A DNA stretch of 63,903 nucleotides, the filler included, from Kipferlia bialata (lineage: Eukaryota), in assembly GCA_003568945.1 (NCBI GenBank). It is 6 parts of 6 records of this genome, joined end to end, with 100 filler letters (N's around TTAATTAATTAA, not from the genome) between each part and the next. Parts side by side here need not be neighbours in the genome. Positions count along the whole stretch, not along the records: positions 13,484 to 26,864 come from BDIP01000952.1; positions 26,965 to 40,323 come from BDIP01000953.1; 4 more parts are not named here. One strand, written 5' to 3'. The position numbers were made by a program, and so were the translations under genes. Positions 13,538 to 27,333 of the stretch are shown here, piece after piece (within the stretch, counting starts at the first letter, position 1; the number at the start of each line of letters is the position of its first letter). The notes under the pieces were generated by a model. The model saw nothing but the letters and a program-made list of their open reading frames with translations, had not been told where the DNA came from and did not search any database.

Positions 13538-14569
13538 CATATGGATACATGTCGAACTATACATGTTGAACTCGACCTCTGGGTGAGGGGAGAGAGAGTC
13601 ATATTAATGTATGTGTGTGTGTGTGTATGTATACTCTGGGGGTGAGGGGATATGGGAGAGAGAGAGAGAGAGAGAGAGAGAGATACGCAGGACATCAATA
13701 TACTCATGCTCTCTGGGTAGAGAGAGATGGGAGGAAAGGTGGATAGAGTGCCAATATCTGAATATATATAAACCAGCAACTGACATATCGTTGTTCTCTT
13801 GTGTGTGAAAGATATATAGGTGCAGGTAGTAGAACTGCCTCAGTACAGTGACGCCAACAATAATTGACAAGAAAGGAATGGGGTAATATCGGGGGCAAGT
13901 TGGGGTGGGGAGATGCAACCTATCCACACTTTCACTCACCTAACTGCCTCATGTAGTCCCGGATGGTGGCGGTAGCTGGAAAGTGAGACGGAATAGAGGA
14001 CGGGAATAGACCAGGTCTCACAGTACTGGTGCCGATATAGAGACACCAATATGACACTCAAGCTATCCAACAGCGGTACAGCGACAACATGGTTCAATTG
14101 GGGAGATCCTGTACCTGTGGGAATGGAGAGGAAGCGGAACACCCCCATCACATCGACGGCCAGCTTCATCTCTCTCTCTCTCACTCACTCTCCTCAGAGG
14201 TCTCCTTTCTCTGGGGGACTCAGACCCTGGGTCTATATAAAGTCACCCAGGACTCAGTGATGCTCCAGTGTCCTTCTGCGACTCACTCGGGTGACCTGAC
14301 TATGGTAGTCGTGGAGGGACAAGGAAGGCGCGAATGAAAACCAAAAAACCTATTAGGGGTTGATACTTGGAGACAAAAACTGAAGTAAGGGTGCAGTATC
14401 TACCTGTCTCTACTGTTGAGCTGATGAGTGCATATGTAGAGGTTGATACCTCATGCATACCCTGCTATGTTTTTGCCTTAGGTAGTGTGTCTGTAAGTGA
14501 AGTTTGAGTGTAGGTTGGGGGAGCACATCTTCCGACAAGCCCTGTCACACCCCTGTCCCCATTGAGTGT

Positions 14570-17500
14570 ATGGGACTGTGTGCAGTGGTAGTGCTATGGA
14601 TGGTGGTGTCCATGTTCGTATGCCATAGTCTATGCCTGGGTGTCCCCCGGTATAGTGGGCCAACACTCAGTCATATATCAGGGGATACTCTTGAGTCTGA
14701 GCCGGGTGATGTGTTAGAGGCACTGGGGTTCCCCACAGCTGACTGCTCTGCGCACACTGACTGCCTCAGCTGCATGTCAGTAAACACAGGTACAGGCATA
14801 CATTACAAGACGCTATCATGTGTATATAGTACCAATCTTGGATACAGTGTTGTGTCTGGTGACATGTGTGTCTCCCCATATATAGCCTTGACATCCCCCC
14901 ACATCCCCATCTCCCCCTCTGTCCCTCGCCCTCCTCTTCCGGATTACCCCTCTCTCACCCTAACTCCAGCCACACTCACTCTATCTACATTACTACTAAC
15001 ATGTATACCTCCCTTCTCACTCCCTCACCCAAGGCATGTTCACTCTTTGTGGCTGGTGTGTACAGGGTGACCAGGTACTAAGAGCTAAGAGTCACTGTCT
15101 TCAATATGGGTCTATATTACTGTTCCCTATCTCCCACATCTCGTGTCTCCGGAAGAACCATCTCTCTTCCACTAACTCTTGCCTTTCTCTCACCTTATCA
15201 ATGAATCTATATATGCATACTCTGTCTCACCCCCAGGCCACATGTGTGTCTGGTGGCAAGGATGGCCCCACAGACAGTGACACAGTATGTACAGCATATG
15301 AGGCACACGATACACAGGTATACTCTCGTGTTTGTAATGGGATATTGTCTGTGTATCATCTCCTCACACTCCCCACCCCCAGGCCCAGGGCAATGTCTGC
15401 TGTGTGGACAGCTACGACGACTGCAGGTATTAGCTGTACATATATGACTAGTACTCTGTGTGTTATCCAGTATGTACCCTCCTCACCCCCCAGCACCTGT
15501 CTCTCCAGTGGTGCCTGTGTGTTCTACAGTGAGAGTGGCAGGTGCATCCACGAGTCAATGCCAGGTGCTGCTGATGTATTCACTACAGATACACTATATT
15601 CATGGTACTAGGATATCTACCCATGTGCTTCATTTCATTAGGGCACAAGACCCCATCCACTATATACTAACCCCCAGGGGGAGAGCTAGCCGAGTATGAC
15701 CAGAGGTGGTTGGACATATCGATAGCAAGTCTACTACATAGGGATAGCAGTGCAGACACGGTTAGAGGGAGAGACCCCATCGGTGAGGACGTCCCCTTCA
15801 CCACCCCGGCTGACTGCTGTGTGACCCATGCCTCCTGTACCCAGTGTGCGGCACATGCAGAGTGCAGGTGGTGCCTGGCAGGTGGGGTACTGTGTAGATT
15901 ACACTACTCTATCTATGCTGTGACATGCTGTGACTCACACCCAGGTGATGGTATGTGCACCCACCCTGACTCCACCCACTTCACATGCAGTGGTGGGGAG
16001 GGGGCAATGACACAGACTTGTTGTGAAGGTGTGTACCCTGTTACACATATGTTCTTGTCTCGATATGTACCATCTGTCCCTCACCCCCAGGCAGCTCCTG
16101 TGCCTCCTGTTACTCATCGTCTGGATCCTTGGTACCATCCTCACCCCCATGCGTCTGGTAAGGATGATGCCTTTGTATATATATACTGATGCGTGTATGT
16201 ATGGGAACCACACGTAAGTGCATGAGTGGGACCGCCTCGTATGACTCTCACCCCCTCAGGTGCAACAGCACCCAGGAGTGTGTATATGGCCCCGGCAGTG
16301 ATGTTATATCAGATGTGTCAGACATAACGTGTCCAGACCCCTTGATGCTAGGTATACATACACACATACATTGACATCTCAGTGCTGTCACCTATATATC
16401 TGACGTGTCTAGGACCAGACTACTGTGCCAACTCGTGCTATGTCGACCACTCCTCCTGTGACACATGCACCAAGGCACAGGGGTGCATATGGATGGACGA
16501 TGTGATGTGGACAGGTATGATACGGATACTTTCCGGCATATAGTGTCTTCCGTCATTACTGACTGAGTCTATGGGCTGGCGAGTTGATATACCATAACCC
16601 ACCTCTCACCCCCCAGGTACCTCTGTCCCCCCTGATACCGACTCCTTCTGCGACAGGGGAGGGGTGTCAGGGCCTGAGTCCAGGGTGATATCATACGGAC
16701 CAGCATCCCAGGTGGGGTTGACAGTCACTCTCACGCTAGACTCTCTAGTAGAGAGTCTCTACCATCCCTCTCCCCTCTCCTTCTCACCCTGCCTCTGACC
16801 CTTCCAGCTGGTGTATGACCCTGACACATACTGCTACTTCACCTGTGCTGTGAGTGGGGAGACACTCATGATGTGTCTGTGGGGCTTGGGGGGTGAGTAT
16901 ATATCAATACACATTGATACATAGTATAGTATGGGGGGTGGGTATAGCAGTGTACATCTCTTGTCTATACATTATGGGACTGAAACAGAAGACACACCAT
17001 CCTACTTACTCCAGCTCTCTTCCTCCTGTCCCTGTGTGTCTGTCACACTGTGTACAAGCACAACCAACGACGCAAGTACCGCATGATTGTGCAGCAGTCA
17101 GAGAGTACGTCATGTCTACTGGTTTACATTCCAGAGCCACAGACCCAGTTTCCATCTCTATTCTACTTCTACGGTATAGTATCTCTGTCTGACCCCAGGT
17201 GACCTGCACTCATTTGAGTATGCCGCCCAGCAGGAGTATGACGTGATGATACTGCAGGCCATGCCCGACCACACAGAGACTAGGGGTACCATGGTACAGA
17301 GGGTGGGTGGGAGGAGTGATGAGGGGTCACAGCCTGAGAGCGATACCCCATGCTCTCCCATTGTAGATAAGGGTATGAGTAGGAGTGTGTCTATAAGGGA
17401 GAGACTCAGCCAGATGGTCAGGGTGGGGAGAAGGGAGAAAGGAGGGGAGAGAGGCAAGACAGAGAGACGTACCCAGTCCGAGACAATGCCTCTCCTATCC

Positions 17501-18024
17501 TTGTCAGCATCAGACTCCTCGCCCTCTGATCCACCTCGAGGAGTGGGCAGAGAGTCTAGTGTGTCTGTCACGGACAGTGAGAGTGGTGGAAGGACAGACT
17601 CTGGCGGTAGTCCTTCTGATGTCACGTCTGTCTCTCTCTCTCTCTCTTCACCCTCCAAGGGTAGAGAGATGGGCCTGGATAGCCTGTACCAGAGAGAGGC
17701 AGGCAGTGACTGCACCAGAGCAGCAGGGGTGGGGAGTGTGGCACTGAGCCGCCATGAGAGGAACGAGAGACTGCAAGTGCTGATGAACCAGGAGACAGAG
17801 AGGGAGAGTAGGGAGGTATGTGTCTAACAAGATTTGTTCTGGCTTGCAGTATTCCGGCACACATCATCCAGCTCTAAAATGACTAACTCCAGGTTCGTGA
17901 GCGGCAGAGACTGAGACTTGAGCAAGAGAGAGCAGATGCTCTGACTGCCAAGGCAGAGAGAGAGAGAGAGATGCGACGGGTGATGGAGAGAATGGCCGCT
18001 GTCGCTGTGCCCTGGGAGGACTGA
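14570..18024 (+). CDS. Cysteine-rich type I membrane protein with PSI-like (plexin/semaphorin/integrin) repeats
   Basis: Signal-like MGLCAVVVLWMVVSMF; repeated units of the form C..H..C..C and C.WC (CSAHTDCLSC, CVTHASCTQCAAHAECRWC, CYVDHSSCDTCTKAQGCIW); TM segment LMMCLWGLG|ALFLLSLCVC followed by basic KHNQRRKYR; Ser-rich tail; final exon 17893-18024 ends AVPWED*. Confidence 0.7.
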
Positions 18025-18676
18025 GGGGGTAGTGGTGGAGTGTTCTTGTGGAGTGTGGAATATAGATTGTACAGTAACGGTCTACTTCGGTGCTGGTCAT
18101 CTGCGACAAATATATCAGTCTTCATAGCCAAGTCGCCAAAATGACGATTTACATGGCAGGTGCACAGTATAGGCACAGTGCCAATGTCAGAGAGATGGCT
18201 TCCCTGACAGGATAGATGTCCATGTTTACAGTGGCAGTGAGTATCACTGACCATATAGTGACATCTCGACTGCTGTCTTTACCACACTTGCCTGTTGTAT
18301 AGAGAGGTCCCTATCCCTCTCGCTAAGCCTGTCTGGGGAGACACATGGGGAAACGTGTGTGGCGGCACCTGGCGCCGGGTTGGCACTCCCCAAGCAGAAT
18401 ACGGGTCTACAGTGACTCACAGGCTGTAGTGGGATGCTGCATGATTGCCTTGGTACTGTCAATATGGGTTGGCACCACAAGCCGTGATGCATCCAGTAGT
18501 GAGGGGCACTACCATCTATGTGCTCCATCGATGATGATTGTGCTTCTCAGTGGTCTGAGGCTGAGCAGTGGCAGGTGGGATACACTGGAATCTGGCTCTT
18601 GATAGTCTTATGCATGTAGACTCTAACACTTAGGGATACGAACCCCGGAATCAGACAGATATTCCTGGACATTGCT

Positions 18677-21600
18677 ATGAGTGCTCTTTCTGCGGTACTC
18701 CAAGGGGTTGCGTTTTACATGAAACAACCATGTGTTGGCCAAATATCCCGATTTGGCGCAGCATCGGCTCTACTTACTAGCGGAACCATACTCCAGTGGT
18801 CTCTGTTGGTTCTGCTACTGGTTTACCCAGTGCTATGGCTAACAAGAAGCAAACTCCCATTCAGACTTGGTCTTGACAATGCACTGCACAACCTGCCACT
18901 CTATTGTCACACCCTGTGGGGTGCCCTGTGCTCCGCATATGCAGACACAGTCATGTCAAGTGAGAGACTGCAACACCACCACACGCACACTATTCAGGTG
19001 CCTTTTGCGGCGCGTCCCTTCAACGACAGGTTTCTGTCCTATATTGTGTGGGGGGTGTTTAGTCTTGAGACATATACCCTATTAGAAGGTTGCAAAGCAG
19101 CTAGAGTACGCCACCTATTGAGGCAACACCCACACTTGGCAATATGGTACCTAGTCACCATTGTGCTCTGCAGGGTGTTGCCACGTGTTGGTGCGTCATG
19201 TTTAGGAGGTATGTTGACTGGATTAACGGACATCTATTTCATTCCTCTACTGACCCAAGGTTTAGCCCTCATCACGTTCTATATGGAAAGCCCAGAGAAT
19301 ACAGAGCTACTGGGTGTGTATGCCCTACATCTTTCACTGGAGGGTGTATACTCGGCACCTCATCCCGTAGTCTCCAATATGTCTACTGCACCTACTTGGG
19401 TGACGCTGGCGCTGGTAGGCATACGTGTGGCAGGTACGGAATATTTCCTTTGTACTACGTGGTATACTACTCTACTCATGTTTTAGGACCCGTAATCAAG
19501 CGTCTGCACCCTGGGGACATGGTAGTTGACATGGAAGACTCTGAGTCTCTGGGTACTCTAGCAGCACCCAATAACAGTCACCCACCAAGAGAAGTTGCAC
19601 TCCTGCCATTCCAACCGCAGCGGTTGGCCCCATTGGTTAGGAGGACGCAGGAGCTGGACATTGCCATGGAGTCACGCCTCATATTCCACAGCTTTCAGGA
19701 GAGGTGTAGCGGGATGCTCTGCCAGGTGAGTGTGTCTGTGTTATTTCCCTTCTACCACTCGATCTGATTCTTAGGGGATTCTTGATGAGAGTCTCCTCTG
19801 CAAGGAGATACTGAATGCCTTTGTACTGATGTATGACCATACCTCCACCTTTGCTGTCTACAAGGACTATGTGGGGACCCACCGCTTCGGAACTATGGTC
19901 TTTAAGGAGGGAGAATCGCCATTTGAGGTACCTCATACTGTATGAGTCATATATAGCAATACTCTAGAAAGACGGTCTGTTGCCAGATTGCTGACTCTTG
20001 ATTATGATGGTGTAAGGAGTTAATCCCAGATTGCCCCCTGTCAGCGTAGCATTGATGAACACCTGGGTAAACATGGATGGTTGCTAGTTGGTGACCCTCA
20101 CTCAGTGTTTGACCACTCCTTATTAGGTAAATGAGAAGTACCCAATGTTGTGAACTCCATATGCGGGCATCGTAATGAATTATTGACTGTCATTGATAGT
20201 GTCATTGACCGTCATCTTCCTTGTCGTTGGTAGTAATACGTCACAATCAATAGTTAGCCCTCCGTCACCTCAGGACGCGAAGTAAGTTGTGAAAAGACGG
20301 AAAGAGACATTCTTTGGGAATCTAGGTGAGAACTGTATGTACCAGGAAAGACGAAGGATCAAGATTCATTGGCTTGAAAATCCAGTCCACATATATTCAT
20401 TTCAGGTATCCCCTTTGGCTTGCGGGAACACTAGCCGACTACTTGCCTGAGGTCGACCGTTCATATGGTTCAGTAGAGGTATGTTGTATAGTAATGTGGC
20501 CTTTGTATAGAGTTTGACGTGCATGTGGCGTCATTCATGGCTACTGAGTCTGTATCCTCTACCATGTCTCTCACGACAGATGGTGTACACAAGAGGGCCC
20601 CCCTCTTTTCTCACGGATGGCAACAGCATGGCGATATTCGGAGTCGGCGGCATGTGCGTGCCAATGTGTATCACCAGCCTCCTACAACCGTTGGAGACAC
20701 GACAGCGGTGCATGTCGCTATTCATGTCGTCGGTTGCCAGGGTAGAGAGTTCATTTGCTATACTGAGGGTTGCTAGTAGCTACGTACTGCTTCTTAGGGC
20801 ACAGGCCGGGGTGCACCAGAGTCTCGACTACCAGCAGCAAGGGTGTGTAGAGCAGTATCATTATTGGAGTCAGTGTCTTTCTCTTGCCTTGCTTAACTTC
20901 AGACATGAAATACTGCGTTCCACCCTCTTCCAGGCCCTTCAAGGTACAGCGTGTTTGTGTGAGAGTAACACTATCTAATAGTGACACTCTTGGTTTGCGA
21001 GAGCCAGAGTGGTCTGCCAACTAGTATGTGTTGCTTTGATATTTCGGTCTCTCTCACTGTTAAGGTCAACTTGAGGCCCTCTCCCACGCTAACGAGGCAC
21101 TGACCAGGGTTAAGAGGGAGATAGCCTCAGCAAGTAAGTGTCCCCTCCGAGACGCACAGGTGTCCTCTGTAGAGCATATCCAAGGGACGACAAAGTACCT
21201 TGAGACCTTGGCCAGTCTCGGAACACTTGCACATGTATGGTAATTGTGATGATATGATTGGTATTCTAGAATTGTGATGATTTGGGTCCGCAAGTCCGCT
21301 AACCAGTCAAGGTTGGCAGTCCCGAAGAGCAGTGGGTACTCGATGAGACCTGCAGCACATCACTATGTGTAGACTTTGAGGACGTTCTAGCGGCACAGTC
21401 ATACCAGTGTAGATTGAGGTGGTTATTAACAGTAATTGTCAATACCTATGTTTAAGTAGTCGGTGGAAAGACTACATGAGACTTACAATCAGGGATATTC
21501 GAGTGTCTTCTGTGTGCAAGGTGACGTGCCTTCCAAGGAGACGGTATGTGGAGTACTTCATTGTTTGCCGCACTATCCTCCTACAAACCTCCTTCACTGG

Positions 21601-23298
21601 CTATGGTATGGAGTTAATGTGATATCCACTCACCCTTACCAGTTCTCTCCCCGACTGTATCCAGTCACTAGTCACTGGCTGCCTTCTACTGGCCAGACCT
21701 GGAGAGGTCTTGTTCAACCTCTCCATAGAGCCCAGAGACACAATCCAGGTATGGCTGTATAGTATAAAGTAAAAACATATACTTTTGCCTTTTAGTAAGG
21801 TGTTTTGCTGGCTGAAACATCCTTAACGCAGCCTGCCTATGTGTCTGTATCCTCTGTGTCCAGACACGTCCAAGTGTTCAGTAGAAGGCCTGAGAGCATC
21901 GTACTCTCAGCCCTATCCGATTGCTCTGGAGAGTCCAAGTACCTCCGAATGACTGCCCTTATACAGTCACCTGCATGCGTCTTTAGTGAGCTGGTGGCTC
22001 TTCACTTAAAGGAGTTTCTAGACGCTTGTGGGATTGACAGCCCCATAGTGTCTAATGCGTGTACAGTCACACCTCTGGAAAGACCTGAACCATCAGTCTT
22101 GCAAGGGGCTACACGATCCCTGGCGGGCGAGTTGTGCCACTCCCACCTGACATCAGTCTTCCACATACTGAGACACTCTGAGGGCATACTGATGTTCGAA
22201 GAGAATCCAAGTGGGATGCTAGAGATCTCCATTGCCCTGCCTTACCCTTGTCTCACACCACTCACAAACACAGCCTCTGCAGATACCTCACCATGCCCCT
22301 GTGGGTGTGGGAAGAAGTCTCCCAAGAACAAGGAGGTGAAGGAAGAGGTACTACCTCTGAAGGGTCGGACCTTCTCCTTGGTTGGAGACTCAACTAGTCA
22401 CTTCAGTCTAGAAGCAGTAGGGAAGTATATGACCTCCTTGGGTATGATAGTCGCCGTTGACCCTTCTGCTGGGAATGATGAGACGAGTAGTGCCAGGACA
22501 CCACGACGGAGACAGAGCCACCTCGAAGATAGCAGTGGGGATGTTCTGTCACAGTCTGAGGCGGTGCTACTGGGAATCATGGAGAGTGTCTCTCCTCCTA
22601 GTCAGAAAGACACCCGTAACGACCGATCCCAGGGGACTACAGTGCAGAGTAGCATTGACCAGGCTGATGCCCCTGCCGACGTGCATATCAGGTGCCTTGG
22701 GGATGGTCTCCCAATGGGGTATGAAGGCATCGTGATAGCCGAGCCTCAACCCTTGTCTGCTCTTGTAAAGTCAGGTCTGACAGATTCTATAGTTGGTGGC
22801 CGTCTCCTCTTCCAACCAGTGCGTAAGGCGGCTCTTACCCAGTGCCTCAGACGTCTCCTGTCCGTCGAGGGGCTGGCTCCTTCTCCAGCAGTGACCCGCC
22901 GTGGATGTGCCATATGCTCCCAGGGTGTGGTGTTTGACCGTACCCTCAGCCACTACCCCCAGGCCATTGACCCGGACCTCGACATCTGTGTAGCTAGGGT
23001 CATTGTCGAGAGTTACATGGGAGTGCATAGGTATCCAGTGATTGTGTTGTCACACCACGTGGCAAAGACCAATGTGAGGATCTTAAGAGAGCTGAGGGAG
23101 TGGGAAGAACGAATTGGTTGCCGTGACCCTTGCGAGATTCTCTTACTCTCCTCCGGGGAGTCAACGAATGGGACGTCCCAAGGGGAGAAACTATCGGACC
23201 TTGGGGGGTTGGAACCATACACCGTGCTCCAGGAGCCACACGGGAGACGGCTCAGAGAAGTGTTGGAAGGTGAGAACACCCACACTTCACTACACTGA
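18677..23298 (+). CDS. Degenerate hybrid sensor histidine kinase-like protein (multi-TM N-terminus, HisKA-like, HATPase-like, two pseudo-receiver domains); middle exon structure unresolved
   Basis: Hydrophobic exon 18677-19433. LALLNFRHEILRS (His codon 20904-20906) resembles the H-box. HILRHSEGILMFEENPSGMLEISIALP resembles the HATPase end. LKGRTFSLVGDS..AVGKYMTSLGM and LLFQPVRKAALTQCLRRLL resemble receiver 1. YPVIVLS..ILRELREWEE..CEILLLS..VLQEP..LREVL resembles receiver 2. Pattern recognition only; may be more than one gene. Confidence 0.45.
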
Positions 23299-23753
23299 CT
23301 ATCAGCGGACAGACATCAGAACTCCAACTATATATATATGTGCCCATTCATTTCCATATACAGCTAACGCAGCCCATAATATTCGTGTCCTACAGTGGTC
23401 ATGCAAGTCACTCCACGAGTGACACAAGAGTGACAGTGCGGGAAGAGTGGAAAGAAGAGGTCTATTGTGATACCGCTCTGTTGTTGTGGACTATATGCTA
23501 GCTACACTCATTGAGTCATTGGTTGAGGGAATAGATTCTATTCATTCAGCCCTAAATATGAAAACCCATACGACGATATATATCTATTGAAAGACACGGG
23601 TTTGTTACCTGTGTCAATATGCATCAAAACATGGTTACGTTGATATCAAACACAATGCGACTGTGGCAGGGGACTAATCCCACCACATATCTTGTCAGTC
23701 TCCTGCCTCATCTTGATAAGTAAATACAGCACCTCTCTGCACCCCCTCTACCC

Positions 23754-26353
23754 CTATGAGTTGTCGAGGGAGAGGAGGTCTAGCCCAGACATGACACTGC
23801 CTACAGCACTGCCTGTTGGACTGGATACAGGGTGGGGGTGGGCGGTGGATAGAGGGGTAGCACCATCTGGCTCAGTGTCCCCACTGCTGCTACTGGCATC
23901 TATCACAAACAGGTCCTCCCCCTCCCCCCTAGGCATCTCGGCCAGGGGCTGTGCTAGGGGCTGTCCTTGGGGCACCCTGACCCCGGCATCGTCCATGTCC
24001 CCTAGGAACCCACCCTCTGACTCTGACCCCCCATTGGAGGCCAGTTCGCACTCCTCCTCATTGCCTAGCAGGCCCTGCCGCTCAGTCTTACGCACACTCT
24101 GGGGTTAGACAGACAGTGATGTACACACTGTGTGTGTATGTGTAACATAATAGAGACAAATGCTTCTCACCATGGGCTTGGACTTTCTCTGTCTGTCCCT
24201 CATCTCCTGACCCTCAGGTCCTAGGAAGGCATTTGCAATGAGGTCTGAGCGCCGCTTGTTGCGCTGATGGTAAGCTGTAGTAGATATGAAGGCGCCACAA
24301 TATATCTATGATCCCTATATAGCTTTACATATATACACAATGAACATACAAGTATACCTTGACATAGTAGAAGAATTGACACCCGATGGTGACGTCTAGG
24401 CCTAGGACACCCGCACTGCCTAGGATCCATGGGATCTGGGGGGAGACAGGGGAGGGAAGCAGAGAGACTGTGAAAGAGATATGGAGAGAAAGACTGGACG
24501 CATACAATGTGCCTGTCTATACACATACACATCCACCCACCTGAGGCCACACGTCCTCCCATGCCATGGACACCAGGGTGATGGACGCAGTGTAGAAGGT
24601 GTTGCCACAGACTGCGGTGAGGACATGGGGGATCAGAATAGAGACAATTGCTAGAATATGCCATTCAATGCCACTACTTCCAGAGGAGAGATGGACGTGT
24701 ACCAGATACTAGTGACTACCCACCTGCTATCATGAACATGCTGATACTCAGGGTCTCTGGCTCCTTCTCCTGGTAGTTCTTCCTGGGGGGGTAAGGGGGG
24801 TGGCTAGTATATAATTGAGGAGACCTCTATATTCCCTATAACTCCGATCAACATATGTATTTGAACCCTATTCACATGCAGTGCCTTCACAAATATATGT
24901 ATATATATATGTATATATATACACACACAGTATATGTAAAGTATGTACCTGATCTGGTTGACCCTGCTGAGGATGTAGTTGAGGGCAGACACCCAGCCTG
25001 GGGTGAGGAGGGGGGGGGGGGATAGAAGTAGTGTGTGAAGCTGATATGGAGACAGACAGTGTGAGTGAGAGAGAAGTAGATATAGCTGAGGGATACCTAG
25101 CACCCAGCCCACCCAGAAGTGCCAGTTCTTGTCTGCCCCCTCTGCCTCTATGTCCAGGGACATCCTGCTCACACTGGCATCTGCCTCTCCAAATAGGGAG
25201 CCTGACACCGTTGGATTACAGAGGGTGCGCGAGATATGGGATACGGCCACCAGGGCAGAGAGAGCCAGAGGGTGGAGCACTAGCCTGGGGTGAGGGGATG
25301 AGCGGGAGATACAGTAGAGTGTGTGTGCCTACTCACATTGTGCCCTCTGTCTTGTCCTGCATCTGCTCCTCATCCTGGTCCTCCTGGGGGTCAGTCTCTC
25401 TGTCCACACTATCACTCTGTACCAGTCTCTCCCTGTTTCGCAACCATGTCCTTCCAATCCCCTAATCCTCTCCCCTCATACCTTAATCCTCTTCAATAGG
25501 GCATGGACCGCATCCTGCTCGGTGGCCACGTGGGAGGGGGAGCTGAGGGGTAGAGAGGTAGAGAGAGGGGGGGGAAGAGACATAGAGCGATGTGATGCAG
25601 AACTCTGGGGAGAGAGAGAATGGAAGGTTGATCAGTACCTGAACTCGGCATAGTCCTCTGGCTTCTTGTAGCGCTGGAACTGCCAGAATAGAATGACGTC
25701 GACCAGGCAGAAGTAGAACCCGCTGATACTGCAGTGAGAGAGAGTGAATGAGAGAATGCAAGCGATAATGTATAAGGGAATGTATGCAATGTGAGAGGAC
25801 TAACCGATAGCTGGTGAAGAAATAGTACATTTACCAATTGGAGCAAGGAAGAGATAGGAGAGAGAGAGAGTATGACTCACATTTGTGTGGGCAATGCCTC
25901 TGTGAGGAGGGCACCCAGGAGGTTGGTGAGGTCTCCTATGATCCAGTTGATGAGGAAGGCATATGATATGGAGGACACGCTCTTGAGTCTAGGGTGAGCG
26001 AGAGAGAGAGAGAGGGGGAGTGGGACCAAGAGTGGAGATATGTGCGTCACTTGACCAGGACCGACCTGTAGTTCTTCCTGATCTGTGGGAACTGGGCGAA
26101 GATCCAGCACGAGACAGAGGCCAGGCCTGAGAGAAAGGACAGGAGAAAGCGGTAGTCGCCGACCTGAGGTGAGACGAGTATCAGCTAATGTATATGAACG
26201 ATGCATTAACCTGCGGCAGCAGAAGAATCTGAATGTGCTCTCACAATATCCCACTCACCATATACCCCCACCACCCTACTGCCCATACATTCATTCATTA
26301 AGAGTAGAGCCATTTACCGCCAGGATGATTGGTTGATGGGACTGAAACGCCAT
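23754..26353 (-). CDS. PQ-loop family transporter (SLC66A1/PQLC2/Ypq-like lysosomal cationic amino acid exporter)
   Basis: Spliced: GLASVSCWIFAQFPQIRKNYR, KSVSSISYAFLINWIIGDLTNLLGALLTEALPTQ, GWVSALNYILSRVNQIRKNYQ..LSISMF, IPWILGSAGVLGLDVTIGCQFFYY; acidic tail ending DLLSLDNS*. Confidence 0.88.
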
Positions 26354-26864
26354 TGTCAGCCCGACTTAGTAGAGGGAATAGTACCTGAATGCACTGGCCC
26401 ATTGGAATAAACACTGAGTAGTAGGGTCCTCCTTCTGGGTCACATGTCGATGAGCCACCTAACATCTCAGTCTGATGGGTGCAGGGTAAGATATGGCGCC
26501 ACCAGCAAAGAGCACAGGCATGCTCTGTTCCAACATATGCTGCTCAAAAAACCGAAGAAAAGGGTACAGGACCAATCTGAGTCGGCCTTCAACTCTTTAG
26601 GTCTATCTCTATAGTGGGTAGTGCGAGATATTCCCAGAAACAGGAGGACAGAACAGGCGGTTCGATGAGTCGGCACAGGGCTAAGGACATAAGGTAGGCT
26701 GTTTTCTGGAAGCGATGGAGAGAGACAACACATCCAGAGAACAATACTCCACTCTCTTTCTCTCTCTACCTCTGTTTTGTTGAGGTATCTCTTGTGCATT
26801 GAGATGTCCATCTCCACAGAGACATATGGGTGCGCCGACATCTCACCCACCGCCTCCACCCCCC

Positions 26865-26964
26865 NNNNNNNNNNNNNNNNNNNNNNNNNNNNNNNNNNNN
26901 NNNNNNNNTTAATTAATTAANNNNNNNNNNNNNNNNNNNNNNNNNNNNNNNNNNNNNNNNNNNN
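26865..26964. other. Artificial contig linker
   Basis: N44-TTAATTAATTAA-N44. Confidence 0.98.
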
Positions 26965-27078
26965 GCTGCGTTTGGATGAATTCCCCCCCCCCCCCCCCTG
27001 CCATCCCTCTTTTATGGGAACGTTGTGCTCCACCCACCCTATTATTTGTATAGTATATATATAGTGACTCATAATCAG

Positions 27079-27333
27079 GACAGTGCCAGAGATCTCGGAG
27101 GAGTACTTTGTGACAAACGAGCCCACCAGCCTCATCCAGCGCTTTGTACGTACCCATCCACACTCTCAGTAGTATGTATATGTATAGTATGGTGAGTGTA
27201 TTGAGGTGTCTCTGACGTGCAGGTGCGCCAGGCCGAGGTTGCCAAGACCGTTGCCTTCCTGACCTCTGACGGGGCCAGTGCCATCAACGGGTCTGCCCAG
27301 CGGTGCGAGGGTGGTCTCATCAGGCACCTGTAG
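27079..27333 (+). CDS. C-terminal two exons of a short-chain dehydrogenase/reductase (SDR), 5' truncated
   Basis: Exons 27079-27145 and 27223-27333 splice in frame to EISEEYFVTNEPTSLIQRF|VRQAEVAKTVAFLTSDGASAINGSAQRCEGGLIRHL*, a classical SDR C-terminus (EVA..V.FL.S..AS.ING....DGG). Confidence 0.85.

Noticed and set aside
13936..14184. Possible first exon of a minus-strand gene (MKLAVDVMGVFRFL...)
   Set aside because: Plausible donor at the end but no recognisable domain and truncated by the contig edge; not supportable.
18677..19433. Microbial rhodopsin domain at the N-terminus of the kinase-like gene
   Set aside because: Only a faint helix-C-like stretch (RFLSYIVW); no retinal-binding Lys motif in the last hydrophobic helix.
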